Below are positions 62,701 to 64,000 of a stretch of DNA of 64,000 nucleotides, one piece after another (position 1 is the first letter of the stretch; each line of letters opens with the position of its first letter). This DNA is from Chrysemys picta bellii (taxonomy: Eukaryota), in contig NC_088814.1 in assembly GCF_011386835.1 (NCBI RefSeq), forward strand, positions 930,001 to 994,000, in the 5' to 3' direction. The position numbers and the translations under genes were made by a program. The notes beneath the pieces were generated by a model. That model was not told where the DNA came from and searched no databases. It saw only the letters and a list, made by a program, of their open reading frames with translations.

Positions 62701-64000
62701 CCAGCCCAGAGCAGGGAACCCGCCGAGACCAATGAATGGCACCTTTTAGATCCAGGGCAAGTGAACTGATCTCCAAGCCCCTGCTCTGCCCGTCCTGACC
62801 CATAGCAGCCCCTGCTAGTACGGCCGAGGAGGAGACCACCATTCCAGCTCCCAAACTGAAATACCAACCAACACATCCAGTGGCACCAGCCTGAGACCCA
62901 GCAAACTCGCCAGGGACCAGCTGAGCCTCAGTTCATTACAAACAGCAGCCGGAAGCACTTGGGGAGTCGCCCGAGAGCATCCCAGCCCCAGACAGTCCCC
63001 GGGCAGCTCCCCACCCCCAGCTTCCAGACCCAGAGGGGGGAGGGGAGGGGGTCTGGCCTGGCACAGGGCTGGGCTCCGGGAAGCCACACGTCTCCCAAGG
63101 TGCTCACGAGGAACCAGATCCAGGAACTCCGGAATCTGTTGCCCAAGCCTGCGAGCTGCTGCTGCCCCCCACCCCAGGGGCTCACCGTGCCTGGACAGCG
63201 CATACGGGCTCCCCCAGATGGAGTGCTAGAATGCAGGGGGGGGATCGCGCCACCCCCAGAGCTGCGAGGGCACAGCCTGCCCTCCAGTCCTGTGCCCCCC
63301 GTGCCCGGAGGGCAATAACCAAGCTGGCACATGCTGCTTAGCATTCTTGATACATTACCATTGAGATGTGGGGGCTATGACTGGGCGAGGGAGGGGCTAG
63401 GAGCCAGGATGCCTGGGTTCTGTCCTGGCACCCTTTCGGCAGCACTACGTTTGGGGAAAGTTCACCTTGTGGGCCAGGTGCCCCAGCAGCTCCACACAGG
63501 CCAAGATGGCCTGTGCCCAACGGACAAGCCCCAGGAGGGCGCTGCCAAGCAATGCCAGCAGCAACCCCCGCCCCCCCGGCTCCACTCACTGAGAAGGGCC
63601 CCTAAGGCGTCTGCTCAGCATATGCACCAGCAGGTGATGCACCCCCCAGCTCCAGCAGCCTCGCTCAGCCTGGAGGGCAGGGACACAATGTACCTCGCTA
63701 ATAGCCGCCTCGTGCACAGCAGTACGACGCTCTGGGTCACAGACGCTGGAGCCGTCTAACAAGCTGGGATGGAAGCCCCCCCCGCTTGCCAAGGCAGGGC
63801 TGGCCTCCTCCGGGCGAGGCTGAACCAAGGGAGTTCTGGCCAGTCCCTGTGGGCAGGGGGACTGGGACCAGGAGAAAAGCTGCAGTAAGTGTGTGTCCTG
63901 CACATGAGGAGAGGACCCGGGGCGAGCAATGAGCACTTGGAATTAAAGCCCAAAGCCGGGGATTCGCCGTGTGTTGGAGAAGCGCCACTGAGCTCCCCGA

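Overview
Eukaryotic (vertebrate) genomic DNA, most likely a turtle. That inference rests on a tRNA-derived SINE resembling the tortoise Pol III/Cry family, turtle-type CR1 LINE ends and hAT MITEs. The window holds the conserved block syntenic to human 17q21.31, read left to right: two tandem copies of the giant first exon of a copper amine oxidase (AOC3/AOC2-like, minus), PSME3 (minus, 11 coding exons, 254 aa), BECN1 (plus, 11 coding exons, 448 aa), CNTD1 (minus, 7 exons, 327 aa), COA3 (plus, 2 exons, 100 aa) and WNK4 (minus, exon 2 onward; exon 1 lies beyond the right edge). Exon boundaries were derived by hand from GT/AG sites, reading frame and recalled homology. Most long ORFs in the supplied track are artefacts of GC-rich sequence or minisatellites. 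The strongest candidate for something new is the amine-oxidase locus: two intact 1570-bp first exons sit exactly 4060 bp apart with no exons 2-4 found between them. They are almost identical except in patches that match active-site-channel residues, which suggests a UGT1A-like variable-first-exon/shared-constant-exon system; this cannot be proven because the constant exons are not in the window. Other notable items are two WNK4 minisatellites that multiply a 5' splice site, a degenerate U12-type intron in COA3, a GC-AG intron in BECN1, and a probable CR1-derived branch point in CNTD1.
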